This document shows, piece after piece, positions 8,152 through 18,540 of a DNA stretch of 32,000 nucleotides. Every line of letters starts with the position of its first letter. Positions within the stretch are counted from its first letter, which is position 1. The stretch covers positions 630,001 to 662,000 of the forward strand of contig CP091279.1 of NCBI GenBank assembly GCA_021650915.1, read 5' to 3'. The notes beneath the pieces are model-generated. The model saw only the letters and a list, made by a program, of their open reading frames with translations, had not been told where the DNA came from and ran no database searches. Source of the DNA: Candidatus Brocadia sp. GTDB taxonomy: Bacteria; Planctomycetota; Brocadiia; Brocadiales; Brocadiaceae. Position numbers and translations under genes: made by a program.

Positions 8152-9228
8152 ATGGACAAAGAAAGTTTATTACGTCTGGTAGATAGTTTACACCGGGATA
8201 AAGAAATTGCCAAAGAGGTTGTGTTTCAAGGGATAGAGGCAGCATTGACAACTGCTGCCAGAAAGCATTTTAAAGCTCATGAAATGGTTTCTATTCAAAT
8301 TGACAGAACCACCGGGGAAATTTTGGCAAAGGAAGGCGACCGTACCATCGATCCTTCAGAATTAGGCAGGATTACGGCGCAAACTGCAAAGCAAGTCATT
8401 ATCCAGAAGATACGTGAGGCCGAGCGGGATGTAATATATGACGACTTTGTTAGCAGGAAGGGCTCTATCGTTAGCGGTACGGTTCAGAGGTTTGAAGGTT
8501 CTGCGATCATTGTCAATCTTGGTAAAACAGAAGGCGTCCTGCAACGATCAGAACAGATTGATGGTGAGCACTATAATATGAATGAGCGTGTCAGGGCAAT
8601 TGTCTTCGATGTGAAAAAGATAGGATCGCGGGTCAGGATTTTGCTTTCGAGAACGCATCCTGATTTTGTTCGAAGGCTCTTTGAGTTAGAAGTGCCAGAA
8701 ATTGCTGAAAACACGATTGAAATTAAAGCGCTGGCCAGGGAGCCTGGTCACAGGACAAAGATATCTGTAGCCTCAAGTGACGCGAATGTCGATTGTGTTG
8801 GTGCTTGTGTCGGAGTGCGCGGTTCCCGCATCAAGAATATTGTGGATGAATTAAACGGCGAGAAGATCGACATCATCCGATGGAGTGACGAACCCGAGGT
8901 CTTATTGCCGAATGCGTTGAAGCCTGCAGAGGTTTCCGGGATTATAGTGTCTGCGGACAACCAGGTTGCGACCATTGTCGTGCCAAACGATCAACTTTCC
9001 CTGGCAATAGGAAAGAGGGGACAAAATGTGCGTTTGGCTTCTCGGCTGACTTCTTGGGATATTGACATCATTACGGAGTCGGAATTTGAAGAGAGACAAA
9101 AAACCAGTGCTGATGGGTTAACGGAAGTTGTTGAATCGAGCAAAAAACCTGCTGATAATGTGGCTTCAAAAACTGCAGAAGCGGCAGAGCAACTGCAACC
9201 GGGCGGAGAAAAAGAAGAAGTTGCGTAA
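8152..9228 (+). CDS. nusA: Transcription termination/antitermination factor NusA
   Basis: An N-terminal domain, an S1 region (GSIVSGTVQRFEGSAIIVNLG) and two KH regions (GACVGVRGSRIKNI, AIGKRGQNVRLAS). The track ORF starts at TTG 8125. ATG 8152 (MDKESLL...) aligns better with typical NusA N-termini. Confidence 0.92.
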   Translation: MDKESLLRLVDSLHRDKEIAKEVVFQGIEAALTTAARKHFKAHEMVSIQIDRTTGEILAKEGDRTIDPSELGRITAQTAKQVIIQKIREAERDVIYDDFVSRKGSIVSGTVQRFEGSAIIVNLGKTEGVLQRSEQIDGEHYNMNERVRAIVFDVKKIGSRVRILLSRTHPDFVRRLFELEVPEIAENTIEIKALAREPGHRTKISVASSDANVDCVGACVGVRGSRIKNIVDELNGEKIDIIRWSDEPEVLLPNALKPAEVSGIIVSADNQVATIVVPNDQLSLAIGKRGQNVRLASRLTSWDIDIITESEFEERQKTSADGLTEVVESSKKPADNVASKTAEAAEQLQPGGEKEEVA

Positions 9229-9257
9229 GAGAATTTATTTTGTCATTAGGAGTTTAC

Positions 9258-11486
9258 ATGGGAAAAATTCGGATCAGTTTACTTGCGAAAGAGCTGGGGG
9301 TTAAGAGCAACCTATTGATTGATAAGTGTCATGAAAAAGGGTTATCTCATATTACTCACCATGCGAATACTTTGATTTCCGATCAAGCAGAAATGATAAG
9401 ACAGTTGTTCAAGCCAACCCCCCCGATAACTCCCGCGAAAGAAGAGCCGAAAGTGAAAGAGACTCCACCGATCCGCGAGACCGAGCAGAAACAGGGAGAT
9501 AAAACGGTTTTACAAAGGAGTGGCAGCGTTAAGGTTGTTCAACCCGCCAAAATTGTGATGATTCCCAAAAGCCAGCCGCTGCCTCAGCGAATGGTAAAAG
9601 TAGCTCCATCTAAAACGTTTTGGAAAAAGAAACGTCCGTCAACTGTTGTGCCAGTCAAGAGGAAAGAACCGGAAGTGCAAGTTACAGATCTGCAGAAGCC
9701 GGTAGTAAAAGAGAAGGAAACAAGGGTTACGATGGAACCACCCATAACGGTAAAAGATCTTTCTGCAAAGTTGGGGATTCGGGCGAACGAAATTATTACC
9801 AAGTTGCTTCTGGGGCACAATGTGCGCTCGACGATTAATCAGATATTAGCTGAGGATATTGTGCAATTGCTGGGTATTGAGTACGGAGTGGAGATTGAAA
9901 TCAAAAAAAAGGAGCTGGTGGAAGAGCGCGATTTTATCGCAGAACAGATTTCTACAAAAGCTGAGGATATGGTATATCGCGCGCCCATTGTAACTTTTTT
10001 AGGGCACGTTGACCACGGAAAGACATCACTCCTTGACAGTATTCGGCAAACAAATGTGGCTGCGGGTGAGGTTGGCGGGATTACCCAGCATATTGGTGCG
10101 TATAAGGTGGAAACGAATGGCAAGCATGTCGTGTTTCTTGATACGCCAGGCCATGAGGCTTTTACTGCCATGAGGGCACGAGGTGCAAATATTACAGATG
10201 TAGTGGTGCTTGTTGTAGCAGCCGATGACGGAGTAATGCCTCAAACTGAGGAGGCATTAAATCATGCGAAGGCTGCCAATGTTCCCATTGTGGTAGCCGT
10301 GAATAAGATTGATAAACCCGACGCTAATCCTTTGCGGGTAAAACAGCAGCTTGCAAGTTTGGAATTAATTTCTGAGGAATGGGGTGGGAAGACGCAGTTT
10401 GTTGAGACTTCTGCTGTCACAAAAAAGGGCATTAACACCTTACTCGAACGGCTGTTGCTCGAATCTGAAATTCTGGAACTGAAGGCGAATCCCAGGAATC
10501 CTGCACGGGGCGTAGTATTAGAAGCTCACTTAAGTGAAGGAAGAGGTGTTGTTGCAAATGTCTTGATACAAGACGGTACTTTGCGACAGGGAGATATCGT
10601 CTTATGCGGAAAGACCTTTGGCAGGGTGCGACTCATTACAACCGACAGAGGGATTGAAGTTACGGAGGCTGGCCCGACGACACCAGTGTCCGTCTCTGAT
10701 TTTTCAGCGGTTCCTGATGCCGGGGATAAATTTTATGTCGTTGGTGATATACAGAAGGCAAGAGAAATTGCGCAGGGAAGACAAAAAAAAGACCGTGAAA
10801 GCGCCTTGGCTAAACATCAGCATGTAACCTTGGATAGTCTCTATTCTAAAATTGCTGAAGGAAAAGTAAAGGAAATCAAGGTGATATTAAAGGCTGATTA
10901 TAAAGGTTCTGTCGAAGTGCTGAAAAAGGCGCTGGAAGAGCTTTCCACGCAGGAAATTAAAGTGAAAATATTGCATTGTGGTGTTGGTGGCATTACGGAA
11001 TCGGATGTGCTTCTTGCGGATGCATCGGATGCAATTGTAATTGGATTTTATGTGACAACAGAGGACAAGGCGCGTATTCTGGCGGAAGATAAAGGAGTCG
11101 ATGTCAGACTGTATAAAATTATTTATGATGCGACAAACGAGATAAAATCTGCTATGGAAGGTATGCTGGAGCCGGAATCAAAGGAGGTTGTGCTAGGCCA
11201 GGTTGAAATACGGCTAGTTTACAATATTTCAAAGTTTGGAAATGTTGCTGGATGTTACGTAAAAACGGGTAAAATTACCAGGAATTCATCCGTCCGTCTG
11301 ATACGTAATACGATTATTATTTACGATGGGAAATTAGAGTCGCTCAAGATTGTTAAGGACGATGTCAAAGAGGTTCGGGCGGGATTTGAATGCGGATTGA
11401 AGATTGCTAATTACGATGATATCAAAGTGGGCGATATTGTGGAAGCTTACGAGGTACAAAAGTTTGCGAGGTCATTGCCCGTATAA
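9258..11486 (+). CDS. infB: Translation initiation factor IF-2
   Basis: GTPase motifs [17 protein letters not shown] and NKID, a Lys/Pro-rich N-terminal linker, and a C-terminal IF2 domain. AGGAG at 9248-9252 sits 5 nt before ATG 9258; the track start is 9240. Confidence 0.93.
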   Translation: MGKIRISLLAKELGVKSNLLIDKCHEKGLSHITHHANTLISDQAEMIRQLFKPTPPITPAKEEPKVKETPPIRETEQKQGDKTVLQRSGSVKVVQPAKIVMIPKSQPLPQRMVKVAPSKTFWKKKRPSTVVPVKRKEPEVQVTDLQKPVVKEKETRVTMEPPITVKDLSAKLGIRANEIITKLLLGHNVRSTINQILAEDIVQLLGIEYGVEIEIKKKELVEERDFIAEQISTKAEDMVYRAPIVTFLGHVDHGKTSLLDSIRQTNVAAGEVGGITQHIGAYKVETNGKHVVFLDTPGHEAFTAMRARGANITDVVVLVVAADDGVMPQTEEALNHAKAANVPIVVAVNKIDKPDANPLRVKQQLASLELISEEWGGKTQFVETSAVTKKGINTLLERLLLESEILELKANPRNPARGVVLEAHLSEGRGVVANVLIQDGTLRQGDIVLCGKTFGRVRLITTDRGIEVTEAGPTTPVSVSDFSAVPDAGDKFYVVGDIQKAREIAQGRQKKDRESALAKHQHVTLDSLYSKIAEGKVKEIKVILKADYKGSVEVLKKALEELSTQEIKVKILHCGVGGITESDVLLADASDAIVIGFYVTTEDKARILAEDKGVDVRLYKIIYDATNEIKSAMEGMLEPESKEVVLGQVEIRLVYNISKFGNVAGCYVKTGKITRNSSVRLIRNTIIIYDGKLESLKIVKDDVKEVRAGFECGLKIANYDDIKVGDIVEAYEVQKFARSLPV

Positions 11487-11598
11487 GAAAAGCATAGTGC
11501 GTTTCAATTCGTATACTTGCAGACAAATGACAGCCGACCGCATGATTCGTTTTGTGTGCAATTCAGACATGAAGAGATGTAAGTACCGTCCGTAAGCT

Positions 11599-11910
11599 AT
11601 GAATCTGGAGTTTCTAAAATCTGACGATGCGATAGTTGGAATTTTAAAAATTCGGTTAGTGATCCGTAGTGCACACACGTTAAAAGACAAGCGGCGTATT
11701 ATAAAAAGCCTGAAAGACCGTATCAAAAATAAGTTCAATGTTTCCATATCGGAAATAGGCACTGTAGACCATTGTCAATATGCCCGATTGGGAATTGCAA
11801 TGGTAGGCAATGACAAGAAGTATCTTAATGGTACGTTATTAAGCCTGTTGAATATGTTTCGGGCTGCTGTTTCTGTTGAACTGGTTGATCACCACCTCGA
11901 ATTTATTTAA
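11599..11910 (+). CDS. DUF503 (YlxP-like) protein
   Basis: 103 aa. The motif SLKDKRRIIKSLKDRIKNKFNVSISEIG fits the DUF503 signature, and the gene occupies the conserved infB-DUF503-rbfA position. Confidence 0.75.
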   Translation: MNLEFLKSDDAIVGILKIRLVIRSAHTLKDKRRIIKSLKDRIKNKFNVSISEIGTVDHCQYARLGIAMVGNDKKYLNGTLLSLLNMFRAAVSVELVDHHLEFI

Positions 11911-11999
11911 TTCCATACCGTCAGCATGCGCAGTCACAGGTTCAACCCTTTTTATGAATGTGTTCTTTCCCCTAGGCTGTAAAAAAGAGAGAGTTCATT

Positions 12000-12377
12000 A
12001 TGTCTTCAATAAGAAACAAACGGTTGTCGGAATTCATTAAACAGGAAGTGAGCAAAATTATTTTGTATGAATTAAAGGATCCGAGAATAAGTTTTGTTAC
12101 GGTAACGCAGGTTGAAATCACATCTGATTTGAAGAATGCAAAAGTTTATATTTCGGTATTGGGAGATGATATTGCCCGCAAAAAAACTTTACAGGCAGTC
12201 GAGCATGCAAAGGGCTTTATTCAAGCAAAGGTGGGTTCTCAATTGCAGATACGATACACACCTGTTTTAACGTTTTGTCTGGATGAATCAATTCAAAAGA
12301 GCCTGCATATTTCAAAACTTATTGACGATGCAATGAAAGACAGCGATAAAACCATTAAAGGTGAGATGGAAGAATGA
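12000..12377 (+). CDS. rbfA: Ribosome-binding factor A
   Basis: 125 aa with R..RL.E.IKQEVS.II..ELKDPR...VTVT.VE.T.DL..AKVY, the canonical RbfA N-terminal pattern. Located downstream of infB. Confidence 0.92.
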   Translation: MSSIRNKRLSEFIKQEVSKIILYELKDPRISFVTVTQVEITSDLKNAKVYISVLGDDIARKKTLQAVEHAKGFIQAKVGSQLQIRYTPVLTFCLDESIQKSLHISKLIDDAMKDSDKTIKGEMEE

Positions 12378-13246
12378 AAAAATTACACTTAGGCCTACCG
12401 AAAGGCAGCCTCCAGGAATCAACAGTCGAAATGATGAGAAAGGCGGGTTATTCCGTCCATATAAGCCCTCGGTCGTATTATCCGACGATTGATGACGATG
12501 AAATATCAGTACGATTAATCAGACCTCAGGATATGTCCCGATATGTTGAAAGAGGCATTATTGATGCCGGTCTAACTGGTGCAGATTGGGTAAAGGAAGC
12601 TGGTTCAGACATACGCGTTGTGGTAAGTCTGGTATATGCGAAGCAGCAGTTAACGAAGGTACGATGGGTTTTGGCGGTGCCAGAAACCTCAGCCATCCGC
12701 TCTGTAAATGATTTGCAGGGTAAAAGAATTGCGACGGAACTGGTAAACGTAACCCGACAATATCTTGCAGAACATGGGGTGGTTGCTGATATTGAGTTTT
12801 CTCACGGTGCGACTGAAGCAAAAGCTCCCGACTTAGTCGATGCTATCGTAGAACTAACTGAAACCGGAAGCAGCCTGAAGGCTAATAAGCTCCGTATCAT
12901 TGAGACGGTCATGGAGTCTTCAACTCAGCTCATTGCCAATAATCAGGCTTGGAAAGACGAATGGAAACGTACAAAAATAGAGAATCTTGCCATGCTTTTT
13001 GAGGGAGCGGTTATTGCCAGGGTAAAAGTTGGGTTGAAGATGAACGTCCCGGCCAATGCTCTGGAACAAGTGCTTGCAAAACTGCCTGCATTGAGAAAAC
13101 CTACGGTTTCTCCCTTATCTGAAGGGGCGGGTTATGCGATCGAAACCGTACTCGACGAAACGGTTGCAAGAAGTATTACTCCGGAACTAAAAAGGGCTGG
13201 TGCTGAAGGGATTATTGAATATCCGTTAAATAAAGTTATTCTTTAA
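12374..13246 (+). CDS. hisG: ATP phosphoribosyltransferase, long form
   Basis: 290 aa with LGLPKGSL.E.T...M..AG, the DLVDAIVELTETGSSLKAN (PRPP-loop) region, and a C-terminal regulatory extension consistent with the ~290-aa HisG-L type. ATGA start/stop overlap with rbfA. Confidence 0.88.
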   Translation: MKKLHLGLPKGSLQESTVEMMRKAGYSVHISPRSYYPTIDDDEISVRLIRPQDMSRYVERGIIDAGLTGADWVKEAGSDIRVVVSLVYAKQQLTKVRWVLAVPETSAIRSVNDLQGKRIATELVNVTRQYLAEHGVVADIEFSHGATEAKAPDLVDAIVELTETGSSLKANKLRIIETVMESSTQLIANNQAWKDEWKRTKIENLAMLFEGAVIARVKVGLKMNVPANALEQVLAKLPALRKPTVSPLSEGAGYAIETVLDETVARSITPELKRAGAEGIIEYPLNKVIL

Positions 13247-13291
13247 CAGAGAGGAGTTGTGTCATGTTAAGGATGCGCACTGAAGTATGAG

Positions 13292-14863
13292 ATGGCGTTT
13301 ATCCAGTCATTCCCCATCTATTTCATGCTATTTTTCCTTAGTGGTTTTCTAGGATGCCGTAACACCACGGTTCAACATGATAATCAGCCAGTATCTGACA
13401 GTGCGGTGCAGTTCCTGGACGTGAAGGAAAAGGCATATTCCTGTTTTTGTGCCGGGTATTTTTTCATGTTGGAAAGTGATTGGGAAAATGCGGTGATTAA
13501 TTTTGAAAAAGCCCTCCATTGTGATCCGTCCTCAGAAAGAATTATCCAACATATAGCGACCTGTTATTTCCAGCTGGGTAAGAACGAAAAGGCGATCGAT
13601 TACATGAAGAAATTGGCTGATATGAAACCAGATGAATTCAGCGTACGCTATACCCTGGCAACATTGTATGAAACTGCTGGAAGAGCCAGGGAGGCTATTG
13701 AAGAATATGAGTATGCCCGCCGGTGCAAGACGACAACGCTCGACGATATATTCATGGCGGATGTTCTTTACCGGCTTGCCAATCTGTATATGAATGAAGG
13801 CATGATGGAAAAAGGCGTAGATTGTTATCAGAGCATGTTCGACAGGAAATTGGTAAGTGAACCCGTAAAGATATATTATGAGATCGGTAAAAAATATTTT
13901 GAAAAGAATGATATAAAAAAGGCCGTGGAATACTTCTTAAAAGCGAAATATGCAGATCCAAAGGTAAGCTTTACCAGTTTCTATCTTACCCTCTGCTATG
14001 ATATACTTAAGGACTATGATAATGCTATAAAAGAAGCGCATGTCTTTTTGCAAAAAGAACCGGGCAATTGGGCAATGCACCTTGCCTTATCTGAAATATA
14101 TGAAAAAACAGGAAATGAATCTGAACATCAGGAAGAAACCAGAAAAACTCAGGAGATTTTAAAAAAAAATATAGATGCTGGCGTTAGGAATCCGCAGGAA
14201 TACTTTCTGTTGTGCCAGATTTATAGAAAACAACGGAACATCAATGATGCTATTTCAGTCATTGAAAGCATGAAACTAATCCCGCTGGACAATGAAACAA
14301 TGCGGGATGTCCACTTTCTGCTTGCGAACCTTTACTATGATGATCAACGTTTTGATCGAGTTGAAGAAGAGTTGCGAATGACTTTAAAGCTTGATCCCGA
14401 CTTTCATGAGGCAAATAACTTCTTAGGCTACCTCCTTGTCGAGAATAACAAGAATCTGGATGAGGCGATAGAGCTCATTAATAAGGCGCTAAAAGTCCAG
14501 CCCAAAAACGGTGCGTACCTCGACAGTCTTGGTTGGGCATATTATAAAAAGGCACAACGGGAAGGAAGAGACGATTATTTTGTGACTGCCCTCAGGATCT
14601 TATCAGAGGCCGTTCATTTTATGGAAGAACCTGATATTTATGACCATATTGGAGAGGTCTATTACAGTTTGGGAGATTGGAATAAAGCAGCTCAGGCGTG
14701 GGAAAAAGCATATGCCTTCTATAGCCGGGCGCTTAACCCGGATACAAAGAGGGTTGATATTAAGACAAAATTAGAAAAAATAAAGAAATTACAATCTGTG
14801 GAAGAAAAAAATATCATGCTCATTGAGAAATGCAGGGATGTTGAAAAGAGCATTCCGCCATAG
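13292..14863 (+). CDS. Tetratricopeptide-repeat protein with N-terminal signal / possible lipoprotein signal
   Basis: 523 aa with a hydrophobic N-terminus ending FLSGFLGC (lipobox-like, imperfect). Many TPR-like units are present (A..Y...G....A...Y.KAL..DP). Confidence 0.75.
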   Translation: MAFIQSFPIYFMLFFLSGFLGCRNTTVQHDNQPVSDSAVQFLDVKEKAYSCFCAGYFFMLESDWENAVINFEKALHCDPSSERIIQHIATCYFQLGKNEKAIDYMKKLADMKPDEFSVRYTLATLYETAGRAREAIEEYEYARRCKTTTLDDIFMADVLYRLANLYMNEGMMEKGVDCYQSMFDRKLVSEPVKIYYEIGKKYFEKNDIKKAVEYFLKAKYADPKVSFTSFYLTLCYDILKDYDNAIKEAHVFLQKEPGNWAMHLALSEIYEKTGNESEHQEETRKTQEILKKNIDAGVRNPQEYFLLCQIYRKQRNINDAISVIESMKLIPLDNETMRDVHFLLANLYYDDQRFDRVEEELRMTLKLDPDFHEANNFLGYLLVENNKNLDEAIELINKALKVQPKNGAYLDSLGWAYYKKAQREGRDDYFVTALRILSEAVHFMEEPDIYDHIGEVYYSLGDWNKAAQAWEKAYAFYSRALNPDTKRVDIKTKLEKIKKLQSVEEKNIMLIEKCRDVEKSIPP

Positions 14864-14899
14864 ATGTTGTTAAATTCTATTGAGGAGAGATAGGGACAA

Positions 14900-15655
14900 T
14901 TGGCAGGACATTCACATTGGGCTAGTATAAAACATAAAAAGGGCGCTGCTGATGCAAAGAAGGGCAAGGTATTTTCCAAGGTGACGCGCATGATTACCGT
15001 TGCTGCCAGGAGGGGTGGTGGTGATCCTGATATGAACCCAAAATTACATCTTGCTATCAGTAAAGGCAGGGCTGTTAATATGCCAAAGGAAAATATCGAA
15101 CGGGCCATTCAGAAAGGTACGGGGGGGAGCGGAGGGGCGGAACTGTTTGAGTGTATGTATGAAGGATATGGACCTCATGGGATAGCATTAATGGTCGAGA
15201 TCTTGACAGACAATAAAAACAGAACGGCTCCTGAAATCCGAAAGATATTTGAACGGTTTGGTGGAAATTTGGGTGAATCAGGTTGTGTGTCCTGGATGTT
15301 CGAGAAAAAAGGACTGATTATCGTAAATAGTAACCAGCTTAACGAAGATGAGTTTATGATGTTGGTTCTTGATGCCGGTGCTGAGGATTTGCAAAGGGTA
15401 GGAGAGATATTTCAAGTGATCTGTCCGCAGGCAAATTTAGATACGGTAAAGAAGGCTATTGAAAGCAACAACATAAAAGTAGAGACGGCTGAGCTCAGCT
15501 GGATTCCGAAGAATAACATTGACTTAGATGAAACGACAGGCCGGAAGGTCCTGGGAATTATGGACGCGCTTGAGGATCATGACGATGTACAAAACGTCTA
15601 TTCTAATTTCAACCTGCCCCAAACGCTTTTAGACGAAATACAGTCTGCTAAATAA
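14900..15655 (+). CDS. YebC/PmpR-family DNA-binding regulator
   Basis: 251 aa. The N-terminus MAGHSHWASIKHKKGAADAKKGK.F.K is diagnostic for the family. TTG start at 14900 is preceded by GAGGAGAG (14882-14889). Confidence 0.9.
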   Translation: MAGHSHWASIKHKKGAADAKKGKVFSKVTRMITVAARRGGGDPDMNPKLHLAISKGRAVNMPKENIERAIQKGTGGSGGAELFECMYEGYGPHGIALMVEILTDNKNRTAPEIRKIFERFGGNLGESGCVSWMFEKKGLIIVNSNQLNEDEFMMLVLDAGAEDLQRVGEIFQVICPQANLDTVKKAIESNNIKVETAELSWIPKNNIDLDETTGRKVLGIMDALEDHDDVQNVYSNFNLPQTLLDEIQSAK

Positions 15656-17588
15656 CGTGAGGAGTATCACGGTTCTCTGTACTCTTCTGGAGATATTGCA
15701 GATTTTGCCGTGGTTGGTCTATCGGAGCAATTTCAGTTTCTCGGTTTGTCCTCTGGTGTTTCCTTTCTATATGCAACAATTCAAGTACCTGGTCGCCGTC
15801 CAGCACTTCTTCCTCTTCCAAGGTCTTTGATAAAAGACTCAGTTTTTCTCTATTCTCGTTCAGCAATTTCTTTACCCGATCATAACTCTCCATAATGATC
15901 TTGGTAACCTCTTCATCAATAACAATTGCGGTTTTTTCACTGTATTCCTTTTCTTGTACGAGATCATGTCCAAGAAAGATGTTGCCCGATTGTCTGCCAA
16001 AAGTCTGAGGGCCTAATTTTCTGCTCATACCAAACCGGCATACATAACTCCGGGCCAGCTGTGAAGCTTTTTCCAGATCATTTTGAGCGCCGGTTGATAT
16101 TTTCTCAAGAATCAGTTCCTCTGCTGCACGCCCCCCCAACAGTACACAAAGAGTGTCGAGGATTTCCGGTTCGGTAGTTAAGTATTTATCTTCCAACGGC
16201 AGTTGCATTGTATAGCCCAGCGCTGCAGTTCCTCTTGGAATAATAGAAACCTTGTGTACGGGATCGGTATTAGGAAGCAGGGCAGCGATTAAGGTGTGTC
16301 CCGCCTCGTGAAGTGCAACGGTATTCTTTTCACTGTCGCTCATAATTCGGCTCTTACGCTCAGGACCAGCAAGCACCCTATCGATGGACGATTCCAATTC
16401 ATCCATCCCGACAGAAGTCTTATTATATCGCGCCGCAAGGAGCGCCGCTTCGTTGATGACATTTGCCAGATCTGCTCCAGAAAAGCCCGCGGTGCGTTTT
16501 GCAATGACTTTTAAACTGACATCAGCATCTATTTTTACATTCTTAGCATGGACGGATAAGACAGCCTCACGGCCGATCAGATCCGGACGGTCCACGGTTA
16601 CCTGACGATCAAAGCGTCCGGGCCGTAGCAGTGCATTATCCAGTACATCAGGCCGGTTGGTTGCGGCAATAATGATGACTCCCTTTTGTGCATTAAAACC
16701 ATCCATCTCCGCAAGGAGCTGGTTCAGTGTCTGCTCCCGCTCGTCATGCCCTCCACCAAGCCCGGTGCCGCGCTGGCGGCCAACACTGTCGATCTCGTCA
16801 ATGAAAATAATACAGGGCGCCTTTGCCTTTGCCTGTTCAAACATGTCGCGTACCCGGGCGGCGCCCATGCCAACAAACATTTCGACAAAATCGGAGCCGC
16901 TGATTGAAAAAAATGGTACACCGGCTTCTCCCGCAACGGCCCTGGCAAGAAGCGTCTTACCCGTCCCCGGTGGGCCGATCAGCAACACCCCTTTGGGAAT
17001 TTTCCCACCCAGTTTTTGGAATCGTTCCGGGTACGAAAGGAAATCAATGATTTCTTTTAACTCTTCTTTTGCCTCGTCGCATCCGGCAACATCAATAAAG
17101 GTGGTTTTCTGTGAACCGTTATCCGAATACAACTTTATCTTTGCCTTTCCAAAAGACATAAAAGGAGAGCCCACTCCGCCAACTTTTTTAAAGAGAAAAA
17201 GCCACCCAAGCGCCATGATGCCAAAGGGGAAGACCCACCACATCAGAATATTTTTCAGAAAATTGTTTTCGACAGCACCTTTGAACCGGACCTTTTGTGA
17301 TTCAAGTTCATTGACCAGTTCAGCATCCTGTACCGGCACAGTAACAAATGCAATTTTTTCTTCTTTGTCACCCTCGACGGATAATTTTTTATAGTTGCCG
17401 CGAATAATGTTCTGCCCTACGGTGCAATCTGATATGTAACCGTTTTTGAGATACAATCGAAACTGGCTATAGGATATTTCTTCAGCCTTTGGAGACAAAA
17501 ACATTTGAGCCACATACATAACGGCAAGAAAGAGAAAGATGTAGCCGATGGAAAAACGGGATTTCCTGGTCTTATTTTTTTTGTCCAT
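15648..17588 (-). CDS. ftsH: ATP-dependent zinc metalloprotease FtsH
   Basis: 646 aa with two N-terminal TM segments, the AAA+ Walker A GPPGTGKT, Walker B IIFIDEID, the second region of homology (SRH), and the HEAGH zinc motif. Confidence 0.95.
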   Translation of the reverse strand: MDKKNKTRKSRFSIGYIFLFLAVMYVAQMFLSPKAEEISYSQFRLYLKNGYISDCTVGQNIIRGNYKKLSVEGDKEEKIAFVTVPVQDAELVNELESQKVRFKGAVENNFLKNILMWWVFPFGIMALGWLFLFKKVGGVGSPFMSFGKAKIKLYSDNGSQKTTFIDVAGCDEAKEELKEIIDFLSYPERFQKLGGKIPKGVLLIGPPGTGKTLLARAVAGEAGVPFFSISGSDFVEMFVGMGAARVRDMFEQAKAKAPCIIFIDEIDSVGRQRGTGLGGGHDEREQTLNQLLAEMDGFNAQKGVIIIAATNRPDVLDNALLRPGRFDRQVTVDRPDLIGREAVLSVHAKNVKIDADVSLKVIAKRTAGFSGADLANVINEAALLAARYNKTSVGMDELESSIDRVLAGPERKSRIMSDSEKNTVALHEAGHTLIAALLPNTDPVHKVSIIPRGTAALGYTMQLPLEDKYLTTEPEILDTLCVLLGGRAAEELILEKISTGAQNDLEKASQLARSYVCRFGMSRKLGPQTFGRQSGNIFLGHDLVQEKEYSEKTAIVIDEEVTKIIMESYDRVKKLLNENREKLSLLSKTLEEEEVLDGDQVLELLHIERKHQRTNRETEIAPIDQPRQNLQYLQKSTENRDTPHVI

Positions 17589-17713
17589 GCAGTTTAATGA
17601 AAAAGCAAGAGGATAACCTGAGAATTTACTCAGACGGATGATAGGAAACGCAATTTTGGTGAATTATAGTAGAAAATGAAGTCAATGTCAAAATATTTCA
17701 ACCGAGATTTAAG

Positions 17714-17741
17714 TTGATAATGGGTAAAAAGATACTATAAT
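17714..17741 (+). promoter_or_regulatory. Sigma70-like promoter candidate for tRNA-Pro
   Basis: TTGATA (17714-17719), a 16-bp spacer, then TATAAT (17736-17741). The -10 element ends 11 nt before the mature tRNA 5' end. Confidence 0.55.
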
Positions 17742-17752
17742 AGAAAATTCGT

Positions 17753-17830
17753 CGGGGTGTAGCGCAGCTTGGCTAGCGCGCTTGAATGGGGTTCAAGAGG
17801 TCGTGGGTTCAAATCCCGCCACCCCGACCA
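17753..17830 (+). tRNA. tRNA-Pro (anticodon GGG)
   Basis: Hand-folded cloverleaf:
- acceptor CGGGGTG / CACCCCG
- D stem GCGC / GCGC
- anticodon stem CTTGA / TCAAG with loop A-T-GGG-G-T
- T arm GTGGG-TTCAAAT-CCCGC
- discriminator A and an encoded CCA. Confidence 0.9.
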
Positions 17831-17836
17831 CTAAAA

Positions 17837-18540
17837 TCAAGGGTTGCAGGCATTTAACACATTTCCATTTTCCCTAAATGTAGTCAAATTGTAGTCAGCC
17901 TCTAAAATCTGGACCCCATTCCTCAAACTATCCGGACAATGATGACTATACCTCTGTGTCATCCGTATGTCATGATGACCCAATAGCTTCGAGATTTTAT
18001 AAATATCAATCCCTTTTTGCGCTAACCGTGTTGCAAAGGTATGCCTCAGATCGTGGAAGTGAAAATTCTGTAGACCAGCCTTTTCTATTGCGATATTAAA
18101 AGCCCTTCTCAGATTATGACGGTCAATCTTGTTACCTACGCTACTGGAAAACACCAGGTCGTTTTTAATATTTCTTATCTTTGATTTTTCCGTCAGAATA
18201 TCGAATGCCACCTGGTTCAAAGGAATCGTCCTTGGCTTTCCGCTCTTTGTTTCCTGGATGATTATCGTTCTCCTTAACAGGTTTACCCTATTCCATTGAA
18301 GGGAAAGCAGTTCGTCTTGACGTAATCCAGTATGCAGGTCGAAAATGATTATATCCCAAAGCCATGGATGAGAAATATTAAACAATCTTTTCTCCTCATC
18401 ATCGGTCAACCAACGATCCCTTTCATTATTTTCTCTTTCTTTGGGAACTTTAGAAACAGGATTTTCCTTAAGCCATTCCCATTCCTTTACAGCCAAATTG
18501 AAAGCCTTTGAAAGCATTGCCAGTTCCTTGTTAATGCTAG
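17837..18540 (-). pseudogene. Tyrosine recombinase / phage-type integrase remnant, N-terminally truncated and hit by an IS630-family insertion
   Basis: The catalytic-domain motifs are present: TGLRQDELLSLQW, HFHDLRHTFAT and LLGHHDIRMTQRYSH. The 5' part of track ORF 17837-18694 is read-through into the IS inverted repeat. After conceptual IS removal, the integrase frame meets a stop about 11 codons upstream, so the N-terminal SAM-like domain is missing. Confidence 0.8.

Noticed and set aside
14719-15108. 129-aa minus-strand ORF bridging the TPR gene end and the yebC start
   Set aside because: It is antisense to two confidently called genes. No motifs.
16657-17394. 245-aa plus-strand ORF, plus several smaller ones at 15710-16907
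   Set aside because: It lies entirely antisense to ftsH, whose AAA+ and HEAGH motifs are unambiguous. The antisense product is Ser/Pro/Ala-rich low-complexity sequence with no recognisable motif.
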